64,000 nucleotides of DNA from Chrysomallon squamiferum (Eukaryota; Animalia; Mollusca), in contig CM022671.1 of assembly GCA_012295275.1 (NCBI GenBank), forward strand, positions 2,914,001 to 2,978,000, read 5' to 3'. Shown here in pieces: positions 24,632-36,130 of the stretch. The notes below the pieces were generated by a model, which saw only the letters and a list, made by a program, of their open reading frames with translations, had not been told where the DNA came from and ran no database searches. The number at the start of each line of letters is the position of its first letter. The stretch's first letter is position 1. A program made the position numbers and the translations under genes.

Positions 24632-27205
24632 ATGAATGTGGCTAAATATGTGGTATCTGCTGGATACAATTCCTTGTTCAGTCAGAAGAGTGATCCTGTT
24701 GTAACAAAATCAACTGACTCGAGACAACCAGGAAAGCCAGTGGTTGAAGATATTGGCTGTGACTATATATCTATCAGCTGGGATAAACCACAACACAATG
24801 ATGTCAGTTATTATGAAATCAAAATGAAACGTGTTTCTGAGACAGCATGGTCGAAAATTCCACTCACTACAGATGACAACTCTGCTTGTAAGTCAATAAC
24901 TGGTCTTACAAAGGACACTGCATATGAGTTCAAAGTTCGAGCAGTCTATGAGGAAGAGGAAGGTCCCTTTAGTGAGAAGAGTGATCCTGTTGTAACAAAA
25001 CCAATGGCTATGAAATCAGCTGACCCAAGACAAACAGGAAAACCAGTGGTTCAAGATGTTGGCTGTGATTTTATATCTATCAGATGGGAAAACCACAAGA
25101 CAATGATGTCAGTTATTATGAAATCAAAATGAAACGTGTTTCTGAGACAGCATGGTCGAAAATTCCACTCACTACAGATGACAACTCTGCTTGTAAGTCA
25201 ATAACTGGTCTTACAAAGGACACTGCATATGAGTTCAAAGTTCGAGCAGTCTATGAGGAAGAGGAAGGTCCCTTTAGTGAGAAGAGTGATCCTGTTGTAA
25301 CAAAACCAATGGCTATGAAATCAGTTGACCCAAGACAAACAGGAAAACCAGTGGTTCAAGATGTTGGCTGTGATTTTATATCTATCAGATGGGAAAAACC
25401 ACAAGACAATGATGTCAGTTATTATGAAATCAAAATGAAACGTGTTTCTGAGACAGCATGGTCGAAAATTCCACTCACTACAGATGCCAACTCTACTTGT
25501 AAAACAATAACTGACCTTACCAAGGACACTGCTTATGAGTTCAAAGTTCGAGCACTCTATGAGGAAGAGGAAGGTCCCTTTAGTGAGAAGAGTGATCCTG
25601 TTGTAACAAAACCAATGGCTATGAAATCAGCTGACCCGAGACAAACAGGAAAACCAGTGGTTCAAGATGTTGGCTGTGATTTTATATCTATCAGCTGGGA
25701 AAAACCACAAGACAATAATGTCAGTTATTATGAAATCAAAATGAAACGTGTTTCTGAGACAGCATGGTCAAAAATACCACTTACTTCCGATGGCAACTCT
25801 ACTTGTAAGACAATAACTGATCTTACCAAGGACACTGCTTACGAGTTCAAAGTTCGAGCACACTATGAGGAAGAGGAAGGTCCCTTTAGTGAGAAGAGTG
25901 ATCCTGTTGTAACAAAAGCAATTGCTATGAAATCAGCTGACCCGAGACAACCAGGAAAACCAGTGGTTCAAGATGTTGGCTGTGATTTTATATCTATCAG
26001 TTGGGAAAAACCACAACACAATGATGTCAGTTATTATGAAATCAAAATGAAACGTGTTTCTGAGACAGCATGGTCGAAAATTCCACTCACTACAGATGAC
26101 AACTCTGCTTGTAAGTCAATAACTGGTCTTACAAAGGACACTGCATATGAGTTCAAAGTTCGAGCAGTCTATGAGGAAGAGGAAGGTCCCTTTAGTGAGA
26201 AGAGTGATCCTGTTGTAACAAAACCAATGGCTATGAAATCAGCTGACCCAAGACAAACAGGAAAACCAGTGGTTCAAGATGTTGGCTGTGATTTTATATC
26301 TATCAGATGGGAAAAACCACAAGACAATGATGTCAGTTATTATGAAATCAAAATGAAACGTGTTTCTGAGACAGCATGGTCGAAAATTCCACTCACTACA
26401 GATGACAACTCTGCTTGTAAGTCAATAACTGGTCTTACAAAGGACACTGCATATGAGTTCAAAGTTCGAGCAGTCTATGAGGAAGAGGAAGGTCCCTTTA
26501 GTGAGAAGAGTGATCCTGTTGTAACAAAACCAATGGCTATGAAATCAGCTGACCCAAGACAAACAGGAAAACCAGTGGTTCAAGATGTTGGCTGTGATTT
26601 TATATCTATCAGATGGGAAAAACCACAAGACAATGATGTCAGTTATTATGAAATCAAAATGAAACGTGTTTCTGAGACAGCATGGTCGAAAATTCCACTC
26701 ACTACAGATGACAACTCTACTTGTAAAACAATAACTGACCTTACCAAGGACACTGCTTATGAGTTCAAAGTTCGAGCACTCTATGAGGAAGAGGAAGGTC
26801 CCTTTAGTGAGAAGAGTGATCCTGTTGTAACAAAACCAATGGCTATGAAATCAGCTGACCCGAGACAAACAGGAAAACCAGTGGTTCAAGATGTTGGCTG
26901 TGATTTTATATCTATCAGCTGGGAAAAACCACAAGACAATAATGTCAGTTATTATGAAATCAAAATGAAACGTGTTTCTGAGACAGCATGGTCGAAAATT
27001 CCACTCACTACAGATGACAACTCTGCTTGTAAGACAATAACTGGTCTTACCAAGGACACTGCATATGAGTTCAAAGTTCGAGCAGTCTATGAGGAAGAGG
27101 AAGGTCCCTTTAGTGAGAAGAGTGATCCTGTTGTAACAAAATCATCAGGAACAACAGAATCAGAAGATAAATTTGGAAAGCCAATAGCAAAGGAACCTGG
27201 AGAAG
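24632..27205 (+). CDS. FN3-GTPase coding exon 1: eight tandem FN3 domains (frameshift at 25089-25092)
   Basis: FN3 signatures in each unit (PGKP/TGKP...ISWxKP...YYEI...L..DTAYEFKVRA...GPFSEKS). ORFs 24632-25132 and 25084-27369 join by restoring one A. Phase-1 donor G|GTAAAT. Confidence 0.88.
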
Positions 27206-30200
27206 GTAAATATAGTGACAATAGTGTTCCCATTACAACCACAGATGATTTTGACATGACCACAGACAACAAAGCACCTACCAGAGAGAGTGTGTCCGTA
27301 GAGGAAAAACTATGTAATTTAAGCCAGTTATTAAATAAGTCTTTGAATGATAGCATGATATGTTTGTAGAGAATGAGCTGATGTGAGGAATGTTTGAAGA
27401 TCATTTCTATCAGTAATCCCATTAAGGTACCTACAGATGAAAACATTTGTCAAATTTGTCAAATAAATACATCATATGCATGGTACAGATAAAGTTGATT
27501 TATTATTATTATTATTATTTTAATCTGTATCACATTTTCTATATCATCTTGAACGATATATGATACTGGCTCCCTACGGATTAAGCTCTGTCATTTCTGA
27601 TCAAACAACTCCATGTTGAACAGGTAGGTCTACAACAGGCTTATACTACATGTGACAAACAAATCTGCTGTAATTATTTTGTCATTAATATATAATTGCT
27701 GAAAATCATCTTCTTTATATGCATTTTAGTGCTTAAACGTATATACATAGATACATACATAGATACAAACACCCCCCCACACACACACAGACACAGATAT
27801 AAAAACAACCTTGATACTATATGAAGTTATCTTTTATTAATTGTATTACTGTTAATTTAGTTAAATAAGTTTTAAAATAACACAATACTTTTTTTTTTTT
27901 TTTTTTTTTTTTTTGTTTACGTCTATTTTATATATTTGGCAGTATAATGGATTTCCATATACCACATACATTTATTTGTAATTGTTTATTAATAATTTTA
28001 ATTCCATAATGACCTTAAATACTTTTCTGTCAAGATACACATTTTTTTTTTTTAATGAAGAGAGATTGTCAAATGTACACTCATACACACAGTTTATTCT
28101 TCTGACATTTAATCTGTACAGGAAAAATATCAACGAAGCCTGGTAAACCTGATCAAAGCAGTATTGGAAGTGATTTCGTCTGTCTTTTTTGGGAAAAGCC
28201 AGAATGTAAAGATGTGCTTTACTATGAAGTTAAGTATAAATCTCTGAAAGAATCTTATTGGAAGAAACATTCTATATTAACAAAGGACAACAAGCCTCTT
28301 GTGCGTATAGAAGGATTATTACAACAAACAGAATATGTGTTCAAAGTGAAGGCACAGTTTGAAAACAGTGAAGGAGAATTCAGTGAAGAGAGTTTCCCTA
28401 TTCAGACAAAACCTTCTCCATCGAAGCAGCTTTTATCTTCGTGTATAAAACTTCAAGATGGAGAACCTACATTCTACAAACTTCCACTGTCTGAAAATAT
28501 GGCAGCTAGAAATGATAAGTACCGAACACGAAAATGTGAATTTGGTAAGAAAGAAATAAAATTACTTTAGTCCATTTATCTGACATAATTATTAACTTTT
28601 GAAAAAAGGTATCACACACACACAATCACACACACACATTAGAGCAAGGAATATTATTATTAAGCATAATTTTAAATCATCCTTTAGCTTTGTACATCAA
28701 TTTCAATTTCTTAGGCTTATCGGAAATACTTCGAGAGAAGACCATCATGATGATTGGAGCAACAGGATCAGGAAAAAGTACTCTGATTGATGGGATGGTC
28801 AACTATCTTCTTGGTGTGAAGTGGGAGGACAACTTCAGATTCAAAATCATCGACTTAATGTCTGATGAAGAAGCAAAACAAGGAAGAGAAGTGTGTAATA
28901 ATATATGTAATTGTTGTATGCAACAGCAAAAATAAAAAAAGTTTATTTTCTTTATATTTTTATAATTGCAATCCACAGAAATTAGTAGATGTATCTATAT
29001 AATCCCAAATATTTAAAACAAAATATAATAATTAAAAAAATTATAAATTCTGTATTATGAAAATGAAATTATTTTTATCCCACATTTAAAATTAAAAAAA
29101 AGAATTAGATTTGTACAAGTATCAAATGCTTTGATTTTCACTGGTGTATATGCAGGAAATAGAGAGACATCTCACTTACGCACTTCAGAATGTTAATCAA
29201 GTAAAATATCTCATTGTTTAAATATACTTTACTGATGTTTGCTTAATTCCAATTTGTAAATTAATCTTAATTTCTTCTTTTTTTCTTTCTTTCTTTTTTT
29301 TCTTTCTTTTTATAGTCAGAATCACAAACTGACTGGATTACCAGCTACAAGTTTCATCCAGTAATAGAGGATGTTGGTTATGTTTTGAACATTATCGACA
29401 CACCAGGTTTTGGGGATACGAGAGGATTTGAACGTGATAATGAGTTAGTGGAACAGATCCAAGCTTTCTTTTCAACTCCAGGCATCAAAGGGATTGAAAC
29501 AATAGATGCAGTCTGCTTTGTTACCCAAGCCCCTCTTGCGAGAATGACACATGTTCAGAGATACATTTTTAATGCAATTTTGTCCATTTTTGGCAAAGAT
29601 ATAGCACATAACATTATTGTGATGATTACATTTGCAGATGGAAAGGAGCCACCAGTCCTGAATGCTTTGCATGGTGCCGATTTCCCATACAACAAATATT
29701 TTGTATTCAACAACTCGGCACTTTTTGAACCAAATACAGAGGGAAAATGCAGCAATTTTTCTCAAATGTTTTGGGAAATGGGACGTTCAAGTTTCCGAGA
29801 CTTTTTCACTCATATTCAAAAACTGCAATCACAGAGTCTGCAGCTGACAGCTGAAGTTTTGAAAACAAGAGAACAAATGAAAACCACAATCCAAGGTCTC
29901 ATACCACAGATAGAGAATGGTCTTCATGAACTTTCCACGATGAAATACGAAAGGGATCTTGTAGAGAAATTTGAAAGAGAAATACAAGACAACAAGAACT
30001 TCACATATAGAGCTGAAGAATTCCATCAAAAGACAGTACCACTAGAAGATGGGACATATGTAACCAACTGCACCTTTTGTAATATGACATGTCACTACCC
30101 ATGTATGTTTTCTGATAATGAAGACAAAATTTACTGCAGTGCCATGAATAATGATGTTTGTACAGTTTGCCCCCAAAACTGTTCATGGAAAACACACAGG

Positions 30201-30602
30201 AATAATGATTTTCGAATAGAAGTCACTCGTGTAGAGGTGGAGAAAACATACGAAGAAATGAAAAAGAAATACGAGTTTGCAGCCAAAAAGAAGGTTACAA
30301 AAGAAAATCTTGTTAAAAAAATTAAGGAAACGTTTGTAAATGTAAAGAATGTTGTTTACAAAATGCTAATGAAAGTACGTGACACCGGTAACTATCTTAG
30401 GAAAAATGCTTTAAAAGCAAACCCACTGACAGAAGTGGAATACCTTGATTTGTTAATCAATACACAATTACAAGAAAGAAAATCTGGGTTTGAACAGCGT
30501 ATTAAAATGCTTCAGATGTTGAAAAGACAAGCAGAGCTTGCAGAAAAAGCAATAAGCAGTGATAATATTGATGATCTGTTGAAACAATTGGGATTTGACT
30601 AA
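24632..30602 (+). CDS. FN3-repeat-array / septin-AIG1(GIMAP)-like P-loop GTPase / Cys-His cluster / coiled-coil protein (about 1486 aa if the frameshift is corrected)
   Basis: Coding exons 24632-27205 (alternative donor after 27313), 28122-28544, 28715-28890 and 29316-30602. All introns are GT-AG with matching phases (1, 1, 0). Motifs: G1 GATGSGKS, G2 SQT, G3 DTPGFGD, G4-like TFAD. An acceptor at 24593 and in-frame stops precede ATG 24632. Confidence 0.88.
24717..27140 (+). repeat. Coding tandem repeat, 306-bp (102 aa) unit x8
   Basis: gtgatcctgttgtaacaaaa recurs at 24981, 25286, 25592, 25898, 26204, 26510, 26816 and 27122. Confidence 0.97.
28122..28544 (+). CDS. FN3-GTPase coding exon 2: divergent ninth FN3 domain and linker
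   Basis: Acceptor tgtacag|, reads KISTKPGKPDQSSIGSDFVCLFWEKP...YEVKYK...EYVFKVKA...GEFSEES, donor G|GTAAGA. Confidence 0.9.
28715..28890 (+). CDS. FN3-GTPase coding exon 3: P-loop (G1)
   Basis: Acceptor ttcttag|, reads KTIMMIGATGSGKSTLIDGMVNYLLGVKWED, phase-0 donor GAA|GTGTGT. Confidence 0.9.
29316..30602 (+). CDS. FN3-GTPase coding exon 4: G2-G4, Cys/His cluster, C-terminal coiled coil
   Basis: Long pyrimidine tract then tag|. Reads SESQTDWITSY...IIDTPGFGDTRG...ITFADG...FNNSA...CTFCNMTCHYPC...C..M...CTVCPQNCSWKTH. TAA at 30600-30602 overlaps an AATAAA. Confidence 0.93.
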   Translation, partial: SESQTDWITSYKFHPVIEDVGYVLNIIDTPGFGDTRGFERDNELVEQIQAFFSTPGIKGIETIDAVCFVTQAPLARMTHVQRYIFNAILSIFGKDIAHNIIVMITFADGKEPPVLNALHGADFPYNKYFVFNNSALFEPNTEGKCSNFSQMFWEMGRSSFRDFFTHIQKLQSQSLQLTAEVLKTREQMKTTIQGLIPQIENGLHELSTMKYERDLVEKFEREIQDNKNFTYRAEEFHQKTVPLEDGTYVTNCTFCNMTCHYPCMFSDNEDKIYCSAMNNDVCTVCPQNCSWKTHRNNDFRIEVTRVEVEKTYEEMKKKYEFAAKKKVTKENLVKKIKETFVNVKNVVYKMLMKVRDTGNYLRKNALKANPLTEVEYLDLLINTQLQERKSGFEQRIKMLQMLKRQAELAEKAISSDNIDDLLKQLGFD

Positions 30603-30974
30603 TAAATTTATTTGCATAACTATACTGAAAAATCCATTGGATTTAATAATTTTTGACCAGGAACGGAATTTATCTAACTGATGGTTCGTTCAAACGTATA
30701 TTGCACTGTCGATTCACTGTCGATTCCAAAAACCTCTTTCGTTAAAAGGGTCGAAAATGATTTGTATACGAAACAAAGCGCTAATCTCAATCCGTAATAC
30801 CTATTGTCCATGAGCAATATTGTGCATGGGGTAATGGTCATTCATTTATCAAGTGAACGATGATAGATTCTTAGTTTTCATGTTTCCGATAACAATGATG
30901 ATAACATTTGACAAACTAAGACTATGCAGACCACAAAAGCTTTCGGCACTCGGTAAAACGAAAGTACGGCTAAC

Positions 30975-31671
30975 ATGCATGTGTATGTAGTTTCAAACAT
31001 AACAATATATATTTTTTTCCACTGACACCAATTTACTACACTTACTCCATCATTAATTCCAATATTTGTTTCCAAAGCATTGCCACAACCGCAGAAAAAT
31101 CTAATAATAAAGTAAATACTATTGAATACAAAATCATAAATGAGAAGGCTCCGACATCATTTCAATCCAGATTTAATCATTTTGTAATTTATGCGGTTAA
31201 ATAGACATCTTTGAAAAGAATTATGAGTTTGTTCATCAACAAGAAATATCAAATAGAATTCAGGAGGTTCTCGTTTAGGAAAAGTAATATAATCAGTCTC
31301 TTTCTTACTCGGAGGTGAACGATGAATTACAGCGTGGTTCGGCAGAAAACGTGTACTTGCATTCATTAAGATATAATTCCACAATCTTTGAAGAGATGAA
31401 ATATTGCTCTTTCCAATAATATTTTTTTGAACGAGGTCTGTTACTCGAAAATAGTCAAGAGATTTTACCGAAAATGTTCATCATTTTCGAGAGGCAAACA
31501 CATGTATATTGGTTATAGAAATGAAGCAAAGATATTGCCTTTTTGTTCAAAGAAAGCTCGTAAACTTCAATTGTTCCTCTTTTATCATTTTTTTTTTTCT
31601 TCCTTAATAGAGACAGTAACTGAAATAAGCAAATTTCAAAGATTACGAATCTGCCTCTCGCTGCCTGGAGA

Positions 31672-31770
<99 letters not shown>

Positions 31771-31839
31771 TTACACACGTGTTGCCTTCGATTTAATCAA
31801 GTTTTAATGGAAGTCATTCAAGTTATTCCAGCTTCTAGC

Positions 31840-31860
<21 letters not shown>
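30975..31860 (+). repeat. About 0.9-kb segment with inverted homologs at about 52800-53640 and 60205-61300
   Basis: gattacgaatctgcctctcgctg (31641) is the reverse complement of cagcgagaggcagattcgtaat (about 52908 and 60379). tagaattcaggaggttctcgtttaggaaaagtaa (about 31254) pairs with about 53191 and 60905. Confidence 0.85.
31675..31770. repeat. Compound (TC)n(TG)n microsatellite
   Basis: Seen directly. Confidence 0.95.
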
Positions 31861-31889
<29 letters not shown>

Positions 31890-32660
31890 TGTTGTTGTTG
31901 TTGCTGTTATTGTTATAATAATAATAACAATAATTCAAGAAGTGTGTCACATCAAGCTGCAATAAAATGTCAAGCATTTATTATCTCTAGGAAAAACCAA
32001 ACATGGAGTAAAGGTCATTCATTCCAAGATAGATGCACCTATGGAAGCAAACAAATGAAATATAAATAATGTTTGATTATTATTTATCATGTTTTTCATG
32101 ATGATGATAAAATGTGACACGTTGATGCTATGTTGAGTTCACGCGCTTTCTCCATTCAAGACAGAAGTATGGTAGAATGTTAAATCCCAGTGTGAACACG
32201 ACATATAAATATTTAATTATGTAGTAGGTTAATTATTAATTGTATATTAGTGGATGTAGAAACTACTTGAACTTGGTCAGCCAGTAAATTTCTACATTGT
32301 TTTCTACTTGATTTGTTTGTTTACATACAAATATTTTTATTATCTTAGTAATTTTTTTACACTGTTTTGTACTTGTTTTGTTTCAATATTTTCGTTATCT
32401 AACAGTAATGTTCTATATTATAGTCTTTTTTCTCTGGGAAAATATTTTTTCTCTTTTAACAGTAATTTTATTCTTGGTTAATGTGCATTTTTCTTAAATT
32501 TGATTTGTATTAATGTATATATCACTTATTTTACAGTAATTTTCTATTTTGTACTTGATTTGTTTGGGTACATATTTTTCTTTTTTAAGAGTAATTTTCT
32601 AATTAATATTTTGTTCTTGATTAATATGCATTTTTCTTAAATTATCTTGTACTTCATTAG

Positions 32661-32704
<44 letters not shown>

Positions 32705-34344
32705 ATATTTATTGTGTATTTGATTTGTATTATCATATTTTTCTTATCCAAGTAATTTTCAGCAGTATAGTTTTTTATTTCCTTAGTGAATACCCATTTG
32801 TTTTATTATAAAAAACCAGTTGATGCAGCAGGTTACAAAACAATTATGTCAAACATTTGACTTTTATTAATCGTACATCTGTATATATAGAAACCATCTG
32901 AACTTACCTGAATTAACACTGAATTGGAAGAGAGAATGGGATTCATTTATAACTAATAATGTTAATTGTTAATTAGGTATCAATATAAACATTGCATATA
33001 TATTTCTAAGAGAACTTATGCAGACAAACTATAACTTATGTAAATAGGTTTTTTAAGTAAAAAGCGTTTAAAATGTGGTGTCCATTTGTAACATCACTAA
33101 ATAATTAACAAATGTTTTTAATTAAAATAATAATAATAATAATAATAAATTCACCAGAAACTAACCAAGTTCAAAGATATTTCATTCTGTGTTTATCATT
33201 AAGTCAAAGCAATCTGATTACTTGCTGTCATCCACTTTAAACATTTTAATTTTTTTATATAAAATTGTACCGTGTCAAATATACATATTAGATGGTTAAA
33301 GTAATAGGAGTTTTGTTTTCTAGTTTCAGTGTCTTTCTAGTAAATAGCTTAACAGTAGAATCAGTCAACCAGAGTGTGTGTTTTTCGCTTTGTATCCCAC
33401 GAAATCATCTAATTTAGTATTTATTTATTTTTAATTATTTTATTTTATTATAATTCCAATTTTTTTCTTCTTTTTTTTTAATTCTCTGTTTACATTTGAT
33501 ATTTTCCAAACAATATTTTTATTAGTAATTTATATATTTGTCACTTTCATTGCTGCTTGTTTTTTTTTTGTTGTTTTTTTGTTGTTGTTTTTTTGTTTTG
33601 TTTTGTTTTTCATAAATTTGCTGTGGTGCTTTGATTACTATATCAAGCTTTGGTAACAAAGTTCAATAAACAGATGGTCTACTTAATGTTTTATCTGAAA
33701 CTGGAATTCAACAATTAGTCACTTAAGAAGTGTTAATTGCTTGCTTTATCATATATATTGGTATCAACTACAGTGTTAATTTCAGATATACACAATATTT
33801 ACTTACTTGTAATTTTGTAAGTGTCAGGATGCCTTTAGTGGGCTGAATTTACAAATTTAAACAGCTGTTTAACAGACTAAAAAGTGTAAAGTAAAACAAA
33901 AAGTAAAGAGATCAATATTTGCTGTGAAAGGAAAAACACCAAAAAAGCTTGTTCTTGACAGTTTGATCTGTTAGAAAATTTAGAAATTATTAAACTGCCT
34001 GGAAGCTGTAAAGTATATGAAAAACATGATGGTCAGTTTCACAGTAAAGCCATCATCCTTGATATTTATTATTATTATATTTTTTTAAATTGTATTTAAT
34101 ATTTTATAATTACTTTCACAGGATGATAAAGGTCACAAGAAGTATTAACTCGACATTGAGAATATAACTTTTTGATAAAAATTATTTCTGTTTTCTTCAA
34201 ATTTTTGAAAGAGAGAAATAGGTAAAAATTATCCTATGCATATTTGTTAAATATCTAATAGGCTAACAAAATAAAATGAAACAATTTAAAAAAAAAAATT
34301 TGACACTATGTTTTTTAATATTGTGACTAGTTTTTATACAATTT

Positions 34345-36130
34345 AAAGTGTGCATAAATCTGATAATTGTCTATAACGTCAATATGTCGTGTGTGAAAAA
34401 TAAAGATAGTTTTCATCAATATAGTCATCTCTTTTGTTTTGTTTAAATGTTTTTTGTTTGACACAAACTAACAGACGGTATCATTGTTTATTTATTACCA
34501 GCATGTTAAAGGAAATGAAAAAAAAGAAGAAAATTATGTTAGATTAACAACTGGATTTTTAAGTAAACATTGATTTTGATTTCCATCAAAGTGTAATTAT
34601 AAACCAAATTTCCTAATTAATTTTTAATACTTGACAACAGTATCTTGAATAAAATGGAAAGAAGAGACTGAACATATCAATATGAAGAGGTTAAACACTT
34701 TTACAGTTAGTTATGTATACATTATTTTAGCAAGTGATTCAATAGGACTTGTGTTTCTGAAAAATCACTTAATATTTTAATGAGCTGATAAAAATAATAA
34801 ACATTATGATAAAAAAAATATATATGTAAGAAAAACTAAGGCATATAGTAAGATATCAAGAAGAGAAAAAACAAAATTTTAGTAAAATCACTAACTAAGA
34901 AATATAACTCTACTTTAATTCTTAAGTAGATTTTTGTTTCCATGACTAATTAGATGCTTTCAAGACTATAATTTAAATTTTTCAGGTTTTTTTAAGCAAA
35001 ACATGATTGAAGTATATGTTATTATGGTAACAGAGACATGATTTGACTGCATATTAATAAATGCAGCTTGTTTCAAAATACATTTTTAAAATATTGTTAT
35101 AGCATATTCAGAATTTCATAATGCAAAATACATGTATATATATATTTTTTATTATTATTTTTCTTTTTTTTAAATTCCAGTTTAGGTCATTTAAAATATA
35201 AATTACATACTGCATGCTAGGTGAAATTATTCCTTTGAAATTAACTATGTTTAACAAAGTTGTGTATAAAATGATAATTAAATAATAAATATTATTTCTC
35301 TTGATACTCCCAAAGCAATTGACTATTTCATGATCTAAGGGGAATAACTCCTTTTAAAACTGTCTTAGCTGTTCTCCACCAGAGGATACTCATTTAATAC
35401 TATGCTTTTCACTATTCAGACTGCTTCTGTAACAATTCAATAAGTGTGCATAATTCTGATAATTGTCTTTAACTTGCACATGTAATCTCTAATGTCTGAA
35501 AAATAAAGATAGCTTTCAACTATACATTCATATCTTATGTTTTGTTTAAATGTTTTTTGTTTGACACAAACAAACAATGGTATCATTGTATATTTATTAC
35601 CAACATGTTGAAGGGGATAAAAAAAAAAAAGAATAAGGTTCTTATGTCATATTACCAACTGGCTTTTTAACAAAACAATGATTCTGATTTTCATGAAAGT
35701 GTAATTATGAACCAATCTTCCTAATTTTCAATACTTCACAGAAGTATCTTCAGTAAAATGGAAAGAAAAGATTAAACATATTAATATGAAGACGTTAAAC
35801 GGTTAGTAATGGGTAGTTTATTTTAGCAAATGGTTCAATAGGACTTACGTTTCTGAAAAATCAATTAAAATTATTATAAAAAAATATGTAACAAAAACAA
35901 AGGCATATAATAAGATTTCAAGAAGAAAAAAAAGAAAATTAAAGTAAAATCATTGACAAAGAAATATAACTCTGTTTTTCATCTCAAGTAGGTTTGATGC
36001 TCTCAAGACTAAAATTTAGAACTTTCAGGTTTTTTGAGCAAAACAGGATTGAATTGTTATTAATGAAAAATGACTTGTGTATGTTCTTATAGTCATTCAT
36101 GTTCTAAGGGGAATAACTCAATTTAAAACT
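34345..36130 (+). repeat. Diverged tandem duplication, period about 1.1 kb
   Basis: aagtgtgcataa..ctgataattgtc at 34346 and 35442. tttaaatgttttttgtttgacacaaac, caataggactt and tcaagact are collinear in both copies. Confidence 0.85.

Noticed and set aside
27087-30195. Antisense and alternate-frame ORFs over the FN3-GTPase gene
   Set aside because: Shadow ORFs of the real coding sequence.
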